NCBI GenBank assembly: GCA_041751455.1 | Contig: JBGSXK010000217.1 | Span: forward strand, 69,526-133,525 | Direction: 5' to 3' | Length of the DNA stretch: 64,000 bases | Source: Anaerolineae bacterium | Lineage (GTDB): Bacteria > Chloroflexota > Anaerolineae > Aggregatilineales > Phototrophicaceae | Shown: piece by piece, positions 56,819-64,000 of the stretch | How the letters are laid out: each line of letters starts with the position of its first letter | How positions within the stretch are numbered: the stretch's first letter is position 1 | Position numbers and translations under genes: made by a program | The notes under the pieces: model-generated | Database searches by the model: none | Told to the model about the DNA's origin: nothing | Seen by the model: only the letters and a program-made list of their open reading frames with translations

Positions 56819-59056
56819 ATGACCCATTCCCGCCGCTTCGAGGTACTCAGCCAGCGCCCCATCAACCGCGAAACCTTCGTCGAACCCTGGCCCGAAGCCG
56901 GGCTGATGGTCACGGACAGCCCCTATGATCCACAGCCCAGCTTGCGTCTGGAAAACGGGCAGGTCATGGAAATCGACGGTCGCCCGCGTGAAAACTTCGA
57001 CGCGCTCGACCTCTTCATCACCGCCCATGCGCTCGATCTCAGCGTGGCCGAGGAAGCAATGGCGACCCCTTCACAGCATTACGCCCGGATGCTGGCCGAC
57101 ATCAACGTGCCCGCCGGGGAAATTCGGCGGCTGGTGCGTGGCTGCACCCCCGCCAAACTGGTCGAGATCATCCGGCATATGAATGTGCTGGAAATGATGA
57201 TGGGCCTGGCGAAGATGCGTATCCGCCGCACCCCGGCCAATCAGGCCCACGTCACCAACTGGCGCGAACACCCGGCGCTGCTGGCCGCCGACTCAGCCGA
57301 AGCCGCCCTGCGTGGCTTTGCCGAGGTCGAAACCACCGTCCGTGTGGCGCGCGCCGCGCCATTCAATGCCCTTGCCATTCTCGTCGGCACCCAGACCGGG
57401 CGCGGCGGTGTGCTGACGCAGTGCGCGGTCGAGGAATCGCTCGGCCTCAAAATCGCCATGAAGGGCTTAACCACTTATGCTGAGACACTTTCGGTCTACG
57501 GTACAGAGCGCGTCTTTGTCGATGGTGATGATACCCCCTGGTCAAAAGCCTTTCTCGCCTCGGCCTACGCCTCGCGCGGCGTGAAGATCCGCTTCACCAG
57601 TGGCACTGGTTCAGAGGCGCTCATGGGTCATGCCGAGCAATGCTCCATGCTCTATCTTGAGGCGCGCTGCCTGCTCGTGACCGTCGGCGCAGGCAGTCAG
57701 GGTGTCCAGAATGGCTCGATTAGCTGTATTGCCCTGCCCGAAGCGCTGCCCGGCGGCGTGCGCGCCGTGCTGGCAGAAAACTTGCTCGCGTCCATGCTCG
57801 GCCTTGAAGTCGCTTCCGGCAATGATGCCCTGGCCTCCCATTCCGAGATTCGCAAATCCGCTAAGCTCATGCTCCAGTTCATCCCCGGAACAGACTTCAT
57901 CTTCAGCGGTTACAGCGCCGTCCCCAAACGCGACAATATGTTCGGCGGCGGCAACTTCGATGCCGACGATCTCGACGATTACAACGTGCTTCAGCGGGAT
58001 ATGCAGATTGATGGCGGCCTTCGCCCCGTCACTGAGGAAGAAGTGCTGACGATCCGCCGTAGAGGGGCGCTGGCGATCCAGTCCGTTTACGCCGGGATGG
58101 GCTTCCCACCCATCAGCGATCTGGAAGTTGAGGCGGCGGTGAGCGCTCACAACAGTGATGACATGCCGGAGCGTGATCTGGTGGCCGACCTCAACGCCGC
58201 CGATCAGTTCCTCGCCAGCGAGGATACGGTGCTGGCCGTGGTCAGCGTGTTGCAGGCAGGCGGCTTTGAGGATGTCGCCCACAATATTCTGGAGATGAGC
58301 CGCCAGCGTCTGGCTGCCGATTACCTTCAGCCATCTGCCATTTTTAATCACGCTTTCCAGGTGCAGAGCGCCATCAATGACCCCAATGATTACACCGGCC
58401 CCGGTACAGGCCATCGCGTAATCGGCGCGCGCTGGGAGGAAATCCAGCGCATCCCACAGGCCAGGTCGCCGCGCGACTTCATTAAAGACCAGATGGGTGA
58501 CCCTTCACCCCGCCTGGTTGAACTCGGCCCCGCTGCACCTGGCACCTCGCCGCACGAGGTTGTCATCGGCATCGGCCCCGCCTTCGGGCGCGATCTCACC
58601 CACACCATTGGCGGGCTGGAGCATGAAGCCGTGTTGGAAGCTGTCCTCACAGGCATCGCTCATGAGGGACTGGTCGCGCGCGTGGTGAAGGTCTACCACA
58701 CCTCAGACTGTGCCGCTATCGGCCATGTCGCCGCCCGCCTCAGTGGGAGTGGCATCGGCATCGGCCTGCAATCGCGTGGTACAACAGTCATCCAGAAGAA
58801 GGGCCTCGCCCCTCTCAACAACCTCGAGCTGTTCCCACAGTCGCCCAGCCTCACCCTCCTCCATTATCAGGCCATCGGCCATAATGCCGCCTGTTATGCG
58901 AAGGGGCTGTCACCTACCCCCGTGGCCGTCAAGGTGGATAACGGCGCGCGCCTGCGCCTGATCGTCAGGACTGCCCTGCTCCACCGCCGCGAAACCGAAG
59001 AAGTCCGCCCCGACCAGCTTCCCGTAGAGCTGCACTTCGATTGGGAGCCAGCTTAG
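56819..59056 (+). CDS. B12-dependent diol/glycerol dehydratase, fused large (PduC-like) and medium (PduD-like) subunits
   Basis: aa 1-~555 are collinear by eye with PduC/DhaB1 (RRTPANQAHVTN, LTQCAVEES, YAETLSVYGTE, DDTPWSKAFLAS, GVQNGS, ASGND, FSGYSAVP, DDYNVLQRD). aa ~565-745 match PduD (EVVIGIGPAF, LSGSGIGIGLQSRGTTVI, LNNLELF). Confidence 0.88.
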   Translation: MTHSRRFEVLSQRPINRETFVEPWPEAGLMVTDSPYDPQPSLRLENGQVMEIDGRPRENFDALDLFITAHALDLSVAEEAMATPSQHYARMLADINVPAGEIRRLVRGCTPAKLVEIIRHMNVLEMMMGLAKMRIRRTPANQAHVTNWREHPALLAADSAEAALRGFAEVETTVRVARAAPFNALAILVGTQTGRGGVLTQCAVEESLGLKIAMKGLTTYAETLSVYGTERVFVDGDDTPWSKAFLASAYASRGVKIRFTSGTGSEALMGHAEQCSMLYLEARCLLVTVGAGSQGVQNGSISCIALPEALPGGVRAVLAENLLASMLGLEVASGNDALASHSEIRKSAKLMLQFIPGTDFIFSGYSAVPKRDNMFGGGNFDADDLDDYNVLQRDMQIDGGLRPVTEEEVLTIRRRGALAIQSVYAGMGFPPISDLEVEAAVSAHNSDDMPERDLVADLNAADQFLASEDTVLAVVSVLQAGGFEDVAHNILEMSRQRLAADYLQPSAIFNHAFQVQSAINDPNDYTGPGTGHRVIGARWEEIQRIPQARSPRDFIKDQMGDPSPRLVELGPAAPGTSPHEVVIGIGPAFGRDLTHTIGGLEHEAVLEAVLTGIAHEGLVARVVKVYHTSDCAAIGHVAARLSGSGIGIGLQSRGTTVIQKKGLAPLNNLELFPQSPSLTLLHYQAIGHNAACYAKGLSPTPVAVKVDNGARLRLIVRTALLHRRETEEVRPDQLPVELHFDWEPA

Positions 59057-59862
59057 GAGGAGAAATCGTGGGTGACAACAGCGCTTTCGCTGAATTCGGT
59101 CACATGAAATAACACCACCTTCAACACCAGCTTGCCCAGCCGCAGTTCATCCCCATTACGCAGAATGCGTACTTCATTGGGATGCAGCCGCTGCCCGTTA
59201 ATAAATGAGCCGTTGACGCTGTTCATATCCATAACACGGATGTTACGGTGTTTGGGGTCATAGCGCAGTGATAAATGCAGCCGCGAAACACCGCGTTTTT
59301 CCGCATGATGTGCCATAAGATCAATATCAGGCACGACAGCATTGTTTTCTGCAATGCTGCGCCCGATGACCAGTTCTTGCTCGGCCTCCTGCGGGCGGAT
59401 CTCATAACTGTGGTCGAGATCAATATCGGTCGAGCCGCGCACTTGCAGCGACATCACGGAATTCTCGCCGAAGAAGTCGTTCCTGAAGAATAGCTCGTCA
59501 GTGTGCAGCAGGGTGCGCGTAGCACTGTGTACCTGCTCTGTCTTAAGGACATCACCACAGGCAAAGCACAGCACTTCATCTTTTTTATTCGCTTTGCCAC
59601 AGCGCGGACAGTCGATGTTGAGATGAATCCTGCTGACCGCCGGGTGTGGCTGCTTCGGCGGTGCTGCGTGATTCGCCGCCTGGGCTACTGCCCTGCCCTT
59701 CTGTTGAGATTCCGAAGCGTTAATCAGGTGAGCCAGTTGGTGGCGCTCGCCCTGGGCCAGTTGCATAATGGCCGTGCGCAGCGGCTCAAGAACAGCCGGG
59801 GCCGCCAGCCCTTTGTTGCGCCCCTCCAGATAATGAGAGAAAATTTCCTGTGCCGTATCCAT
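59053..59862 (-). CDS. FHA-domain protein with a zinc ribbon
   Basis: CPRCGKANKKDEVLCFACG. FHA core is VIGRS...VSRLHLSL...VMDMNSVNGSFINGQRL...NGDELRLG. The stop overlaps the dehydratase stop (TTAG). Confidence 0.85.
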   Translation of the reverse strand: MDTAQEIFSHYLEGRNKGLAAPAVLEPLRTAIMQLAQGERHQLAHLINASESQQKGRAVAQAANHAAPPKQPHPAVSRIHLNIDCPRCGKANKKDEVLCFACGDVLKTEQVHSATRTLLHTDELFFRNDFFGENSVMSLQVRGSTDIDLDHSYEIRPQEAEQELVIGRSIAENNAVVPDIDLMAHHAEKRGVSRLHLSLRYDPKHRNIRVMDMNSVNGSFINGQRLHPNEVRILRNGDELRLGKLVLKVVLFHVTEFSESAVVTHDFSS

Positions 59863-60004
59863 AGAGTTACCTTGCTACATAGGATGATTGTCTCTATTGT
59901 ATAGTGGGCTTAACCGCAGCATACGTGTACGAAATTTGAAAAACTTGTTTCTATACGGTTAGTTTAAATTAACCCTAGAGTGATTCCCTGGGAGATTGCA
60001 GCTC

Positions 60005-60403
60005 ATGCCTGAGGATAAGTACCCTCTGATAAACCAGCCCGATCTTGAAATGCACAGCGCCAGTGGCCTTGATCTGGATGAAATCACGCTGGAGAACCTC
60101 GCTCAGCTACAGGCTGCCGATATTCAGGTCAGCGCGGAGACCCTGCGCGCCCAGGCACACATCGCCCGCCAGGCCGGTTATACCCAGCTTGCCGCCAACC
60201 TGCTCCGCGCGGCAGAACTCACCGCCGTGCCCAATGCTGAGCTGCTGCAAATGTATGATCTGCTGCGCCCCGGTCGCGCCAGTTATGAGCAGCTTACCCT
60301 CCTCGCACAGCGCCTGGAAACCATCTACAGCGCGCCAGAAAACGCCCGTTTCGTGCGCGAAGCCGCCGAAGCCTACCAGGAACGTGGCCTGCTCCGCCGC
60401 TAG
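60005..60403 (+). CDS. Diol/glycerol dehydratase small subunit (PduE-like)
   Basis: DYPL-type start (KYPLINQ), QAHIARQAGYTQLAANLLRAAELTAVP, LLQMYDLLRPGRAS, FVREAAEAYQERGLLR. All are collinear by eye with PduE/DhaB3. Confidence 0.8.
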   Translation: MPEDKYPLINQPDLEMHSASGLDLDEITLENLAQLQAADIQVSAETLRAQAHIARQAGYTQLAANLLRAAELTAVPNAELLQMYDLLRPGRASYEQLTLLAQRLETIYSAPENARFVREAAEAYQERGLLRR

Positions 60404-60593
60404 AAGAAAATCACCTCTTTTTATAGAGCCATATGACGCGCTATCCTTCCATCTTATTTCTCATAAAAATTAGGACAACTGACGCATAACTTTAAACACA
60501 GATGGTGTTTATATTACGCAGAACAAGCGAATGCACTCCTTGTGGTGGGCATCTCACCCGCCCTGCATTCGCCGGAAGATAGGACACTTTCCT

Positions 60594-61100
60594 ATGCTCC
60601 ACCCTGCGATAAAGAAACAACAGAGTTCGGTTCATGGTTGGGGGCTGTTTGCCACTGAGTTTATTCCCAAAGGTACGCTGGTCTGGTCAGAAGATTACGA
60701 CAGCCCGCGTTATACCTTTGAGGAGTTGGTACAGCTTCCCCATGAAGTCAGTAACCTGTGTCATGTGGCTGGGGGGATCTACATCATGGGCAGCGGCGAT
60801 AGCTGCTACATGAATCACTCCTGCAACCCTAACGCCGCCTGCCTGGGCGATGAGGCGTTGGTGGCCATCCGTGATATCTTCCCCGGCGATGAAGTCGCTT
60901 ACGACTACGCCACCAGTGAGATCGACGAATGGTTATGGCCAGATTGGGAATGCCGCTGCGGTGCGCCCAACTGCCGTGGTGTGGTCAGTGTGCGGGACTG
61001 TCTCAACCCCGCATTCCAGGAGCTTTACAAAGGTCATTTGCCTTCATGGGCCTTGCAGTACATCCAGGAGCATGAGCACGACAGTCATGCCGTCTCATAA
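60594..61100 (+). CDS. SET-domain protein (putative protein-lysine methyltransferase)
   Basis: GWGLFA, NHSCNPN, EVAYDY and post-SET CRCGAPNCRG. ATG 60594 removes a non-SET leader present in the ORF-track model. Confidence 0.85.
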   Translation: MLHPAIKKQQSSVHGWGLFATEFIPKGTLVWSEDYDSPRYTFEELVQLPHEVSNLCHVAGGIYIMGSGDSCYMNHSCNPNAACLGDEALVAIRDIFPGDEVAYDYATSEIDEWLWPDWECRCGAPNCRGVVSVRDCLNPAFQELYKGHLPSWALQYIQEHEHDSHAVS

Positions 61101-61114
61101 CACATACTAAAAAC

Positions 61115-61141
61115 AGGGGCGCAGCCGGTTGCTGCGCCCTC
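61115..61141 (-). terminator. Intrinsic terminator (usable from both sides)
   Basis: GGGCGCAGC (61117-61125) pairs with GCTGCGCCC (61131-61139) around a 5-nt loop. The minus strand continues CTGTTTTT. Confidence 0.7.
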
Positions 61142-61143
61142 GC

Positions 61144-61794
61144 TTAATCTGTATTCCCTCTGCCACCTTGTGCCGGGTCATCATCATCTTTTTTGTCGCC
61201 GAACCGTGACCCCGCCAGCCCTTCCAGCCATGCCACCACATCTCGTGTGCTGAAGCCCACCAGCGCCCCTGTACCAAACACGGTGAAATTGGTCGCGCCT
61301 GTCACCTCAGACTCTGAAGACCCGCCAAACAACGATGCGCCGCCGCGGATCAGTGCCAGAACCACAATCGCCATGATCGCGCCCTCCAGCGGTGCGGTCA
61401 GATATTTGCCGAACCAGCGAGGATCATACTTGTTCTTCAGGTAATAATGATAAAGCTGGCGGATGTGATACAGGATGCTGCCCATAAACCCGCCCACAAC
61501 GGCATAATTGATCGTTTGCAGCAGTGGCTCACTCAGCGCCGGGCCATTCACCCCCAGCATTTTCAGCAGGGTAAACTTGCTGCTCCACGTATCGAACAGC
61601 AGCCAGATCGCAAAGGTCAGCAGCACACCATAGAAGGTAATCAGAATACCCACCTGGATATGGCAGATCAAAGCCATGTTTCTCGTACGTGTCACAGCCG
61701 CCTGCTGTGGCACTGGCGCTGCACTTTTTTCCTGAACAGGTAAATCGACCAACCATTCTTCCGGGGGAAGTGATAAATGTTCGATGTGCTGCAT
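61144..61794 (-). CDS. Hypothetical integral membrane protein (about 4 TM), acidic/basic C-terminal tail
   Basis: Hydrophobic segments are ICHIQVGILITFYGVLLTFAIWLLF, INYAVVGGFMGSILY, GAIMAIVVLALI and FTVFGTGALVGF. I recognise no family motif. Confidence 0.5.
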   Translation of the reverse strand: MQHIEHLSLPPEEWLVDLPVQEKSAAPVPQQAAVTRTRNMALICHIQVGILITFYGVLLTFAIWLLFDTWSSKFTLLKMLGVNGPALSEPLLQTINYAVVGGFMGSILYHIRQLYHYYLKNKYDPRWFGKYLTAPLEGAIMAIVVLALIRGGASLFGGSSESEVTGATNFTVFGTGALVGFSTRDVVAWLEGLAGSRFGDKKDDDDPAQGGRGNTD

Positions 61795-62000
61795 AATACG
61801 TGACCTCTCCGTCTAAGTCCTGTCCTCCATTACTTTAATAAATGTCTCACTAAGCTTTTTATGACACGACCCCCCGTTTATTCGGGGTTGAAACAAACAG
61901 CGATTACCCCTTTACTAGGTCCCGCTTATGCCATGCATACACTCGTGCAGACAAACACAAATTCGTCTATACTTCACTTTATAAAGTTCATACAGGAGAG

Positions 62001-62648
62001 ATGACTGTGAAGCGCCTCCCACTGCTACTGCTGCTTTCCGCCCTGATCATTTGTGTTTTGCCCGCTGTCGCCCAGAGCAGCATGACTCCCCTTGCACAGG
62101 CGACCGCTTTCCCGCGCGGCCCCTATCTCAACCTGCGCGCCGCCCCCACCACCGACAGCCCATCACTGACACGTATCGCGCCCGGCACAGTCCTCAGCAT
62201 CATCGGGCGTGACAGCAATGCCTTCTGGTTGCAAACGGAATATCTCGGCAGGGTTGGTTGGGTTGCGGGTTGGCTGACCACTGGGCAGGTCGGCGTAATC
62301 AATGTCCCCTGCACCGCGCCGGACTGCTTCGCGCCACCATCTGTTCCCACGGTGACTGTTCAGTATGCGCTGGGTCAGAAACTGCGCTCCCTCCCCTATC
62401 TCTTCGGCAGTGATGGATGGATCGCCACTGTGCCACGGGGCGCGGCCTATCCCATCCTCGCGCGCACAGCCGACTCAGCCTGGGTCAAAGTCAATGCGGG
62501 GGGTTATATCGGTTGGCTCAGTCTGGTCTGTACCGGGTGCGCCACCGCTGTCGACCTCCACCTTGTCCCCGTCGAGGGTCAGGTTGGCACATTTGCCGTG
62601 CCATTTACTGGCTTGGAAAAATCTTCAGAGGCGGTATCACAGCTTTAA
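62001..62648 (+). CDS. Secreted protein with two SH3b domains
   Basis: Signal peptide. LNLRAAPTTDSPSLTRIAPGTVLSIIGRDSNAFWLQTEY..GWVAGWL and a second similar block. AGGAG lies before the ATG. Confidence 0.7.
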   Translation: MTVKRLPLLLLLSALIICVLPAVAQSSMTPLAQATAFPRGPYLNLRAAPTTDSPSLTRIAPGTVLSIIGRDSNAFWLQTEYLGRVGWVAGWLTTGQVGVINVPCTAPDCFAPPSVPTVTVQYALGQKLRSLPYLFGSDGWIATVPRGAAYPILARTADSAWVKVNAGGYIGWLSLVCTGCATAVDLHLVPVEGQVGTFAVPFTGLEKSSEAVSQL

Positions 62649-62691
62649 GGCTCCAATTCCGACAGACAATTGCGTGTACTTTCGATGACGA

Positions 62692-62719
62692 GAACCCTCC
62701 AGGAATCTGCTGAGGGTTC
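62692..62719 (+). terminator. Hairpin downstream of the SH3b gene
   Basis: GAACCCTC (62692-62699) pairs with GAGGGTTC (62712-62719). There is no clear T-tract. Confidence 0.35.
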
Positions 62720-62813
62720 AGGAATGAGCGTTGAGCGACAGGTAGCGAGAAATGAGTAAAAGAAGGGATTAAGCGCGAGGACAGGCGAGAATGGTATTGG
62801 TGGTTTCACCTTT

Positions 62814-63311
62814 TTAACTGCACGCTAAATCCCAGAATGTCCCGTCATAAATACCGTCGAAGATCGAAATGGTGATGACACTGGGTTGTGCTGCATCAAC
62901 ATCAACATTAACTCCTAACATCCCATCCCGGCCCCAGATCGGTGCAATTCTCGATTCCCCTGGCACAATCGGCGGAAACTCTATACTCGCATAATAGGCT
63001 TCAATCTCAGTCTGGCTCAATTCGGTACGCAGCGTTCGGCTCACCTCAAAATCACAGTGGTTGCCGTTACCTGTCAGGATGCCCCATCTGGCGGAATTGC
63101 TGATTTCTACCGTTTGCGGCGGTAGGGGATATTCGAGAAATGGACGTGCGAAGTTTCGAAGGGTGATCGTGTTATGGATGCGTGAAGGCAAAGCGATTGG
63201 GCCTATGAACGTCAGGAAAAGTACGTAAAGCACAACAGGCAACCCTAAAACCACAACTAAGGTTTTGTGCCGCTTCACGAACTTCAATATACGACCTCTC
63301 CGCTCCCACAT
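62814..63311 (-). CDS. Hypothetical membrane-anchored protein in a lower-GC patch
   Basis: N-terminal TM helix (LVVVLGLPVVLYVLFLTFIG). No recognisable motif. Local GC is visibly lower: two 60-nt samples counted about 45-48%. Confidence 0.4.
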   Translation of the reverse strand: MWERRGRILKFVKRHKTLVVVLGLPVVLYVLFLTFIGPIALPSRIHNTITLRNFARPFLEYPLPPQTVEISNSARWGILTGNGNHCDFEVSRTLRTELSQTEIEAYYASIEFPPIVPGESRIAPIWGRDGMLGVNVDVDAAQPSVITISIFDGIYDGTFWDLACS

Positions 63312-63323
63312 TCTTCTCTGTAG

Positions 63324-63676
63324 TATAAGAGATTTTCCGTGAATACCGCCTCTCTTGCCGCGTTTGGCATCTTATATGAACACCATACAGCCCCATGTTT
63401 TACTTCCCACACGCCCCTGGCAGCTATAAAGACAGCAAGGCAGAAGCCAGGGATACATAGATTTATGGACAAACCTTCTACACAGGTGTGGTAGTCATCA
63501 ACATCGTGCGCAGCTACAAGGCACTCAGGGATACAAAAATTGCGGTCATTACCGGCCACCCGGAACTTATAACCGGTACGCGCGATGCTTCTCGTGTAGA
63601 CCTCATTTTAAATAAGCCCATCTCCAACGAGAAACTGCTTGAAACGGTCAACCAGTTTGCTGTTGAATCATTTTGA
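63324..63676 (+). pseudogene. Degraded receiver (REC) domain gene: N-terminally truncated and frameshifted
   Basis: 63488-63676 encodes only the beta3-alpha5 half (KIAVITGH...ILNKPISNEKLLETV). An upstream segment in a different frame (NTASLAAFGILYEHH...PLAAIKTARQKPGIHRFMD) looks like alpha1-beta3. There is no DD pocket or beta1, and a stop lies at 63458. Confidence 0.4.
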
Positions 63677-63691
63677 GAGGAAGAACGGGGT

Positions 63692-64000
63692 ATGGAGGAG
63701 CAGTCTGAATTTACGCAGCTGCTGAGAAAAATGGGGCACGATATGCGCGGCCCCCTCAACACGCTGATCTCAACCAGCGAGATGCTGGCACACGGTTTTT
63801 ACGACCCATTGACCACCAAGCAGGAGCGTGCCGCGCTGCGTTTACAGCGTAATAGTGCCCGCCTTCTGGCGATGCTCGATGATTTCATGACTTACGTCAA
63901 GGCGGATACAAAAGAACTGCCCTTAAACCCGCGGCCCTTCGACCCTCGCGCGCAGTTGGCCGCCTGGTGTGATCCTGCTCGTTTGGCAGGTGAGGAGAAA
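63692..64000 (+). CDS. Histidine kinase, 3' end runs off the window
   Basis: ATG 63692 lies after GAGAGGAAG. H-box is MGHDMRGPLNTLISTSEML. The frame is open to nt 64000. Confidence 0.7.
   Translation, partial: MEEQSEFTQLLRKMGHDMRGPLNTLISTSEMLAHGFYDPLTTKQERAALRLQRNSARLLAMLDDFMTYVKADTKELPLNPRPFDPRAQLAAWCDPARLAGEEK

Noticed and set aside
1-64000. A scan for CRISPR arrays, tRNA/rRNA genes, IS elements and toxin-antitoxin or known defence cassettes.
   Set aside because: No regularly spaced repeats, no T-loop-like GGTTCGAATCC-type motifs in intergenic DNA and no transposase-like ORFs were seen. The Uma2 protein alone is not evidence of a defence system.

Overview
This is a 64-kb, GC-rich chromosomal segment (high-50s % GC by eye, not computed). 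I found no rRNA, tRNA, CRISPR array or transposase. Gene content includes multi-GAF/PAS histidine kinases, a Uma2 nuclease, many secreted SH3b-domain proteins and CUT1-type sugar ABC loci. That mix suggests a Chloroflexota-like bacterium, but this is a low-confidence inference. About 50 protein genes are supportable:
- **Signalling cluster:** a GAF/PAS kinase, a threonine-synthase-like PLP enzyme fused to two receiver domains, and two single receivers.
- **Copper and recombination:** a CopC-CopD fusion protein and a lone tyrosine recombinase.
- **Central metabolism:** malate synthase A.
- **Efflux:** a MacAB-like operon with two ATPases.
- **Sugar uptake:** two convergent LacI-controlled ABC loci. 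One ends in a divergent GroEL-like gene. The other carries FAD-oxidoreductase and PhyH-dioxygenase genes.
- **Phosphonate uptake:** phnDCE with an oversized PhnE.
- **Diol dehydratase:** the large and medium subunits of a B12-type enzyme are fused, and the small-subunit gene is separated from them by an antisense FHA gene.
- **SET-domain protein:** a bacterial SET-domain methyltransferase.

The best candidate for something new is a Dlt-like extracytoplasmic acylation locus at about 15.8-24.6 kb. It has an MBOAT, a membrane-anchored SGNH/DltD-like protein and a DltC-like carrier protein. A fatty-acyl-AMP-ligase sits where DltA would be. A 39-codon ORF missed by the ORF track ends in ...WIYQGF, like the acyl-shuttle peptide DltX.

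A second notable element is a ykkC/guanidine-I-like leader with an atypical core upstream of an EamA/DMT transporter.

All calls come from reading the sequence and remembering motifs. No searches or computations were run.
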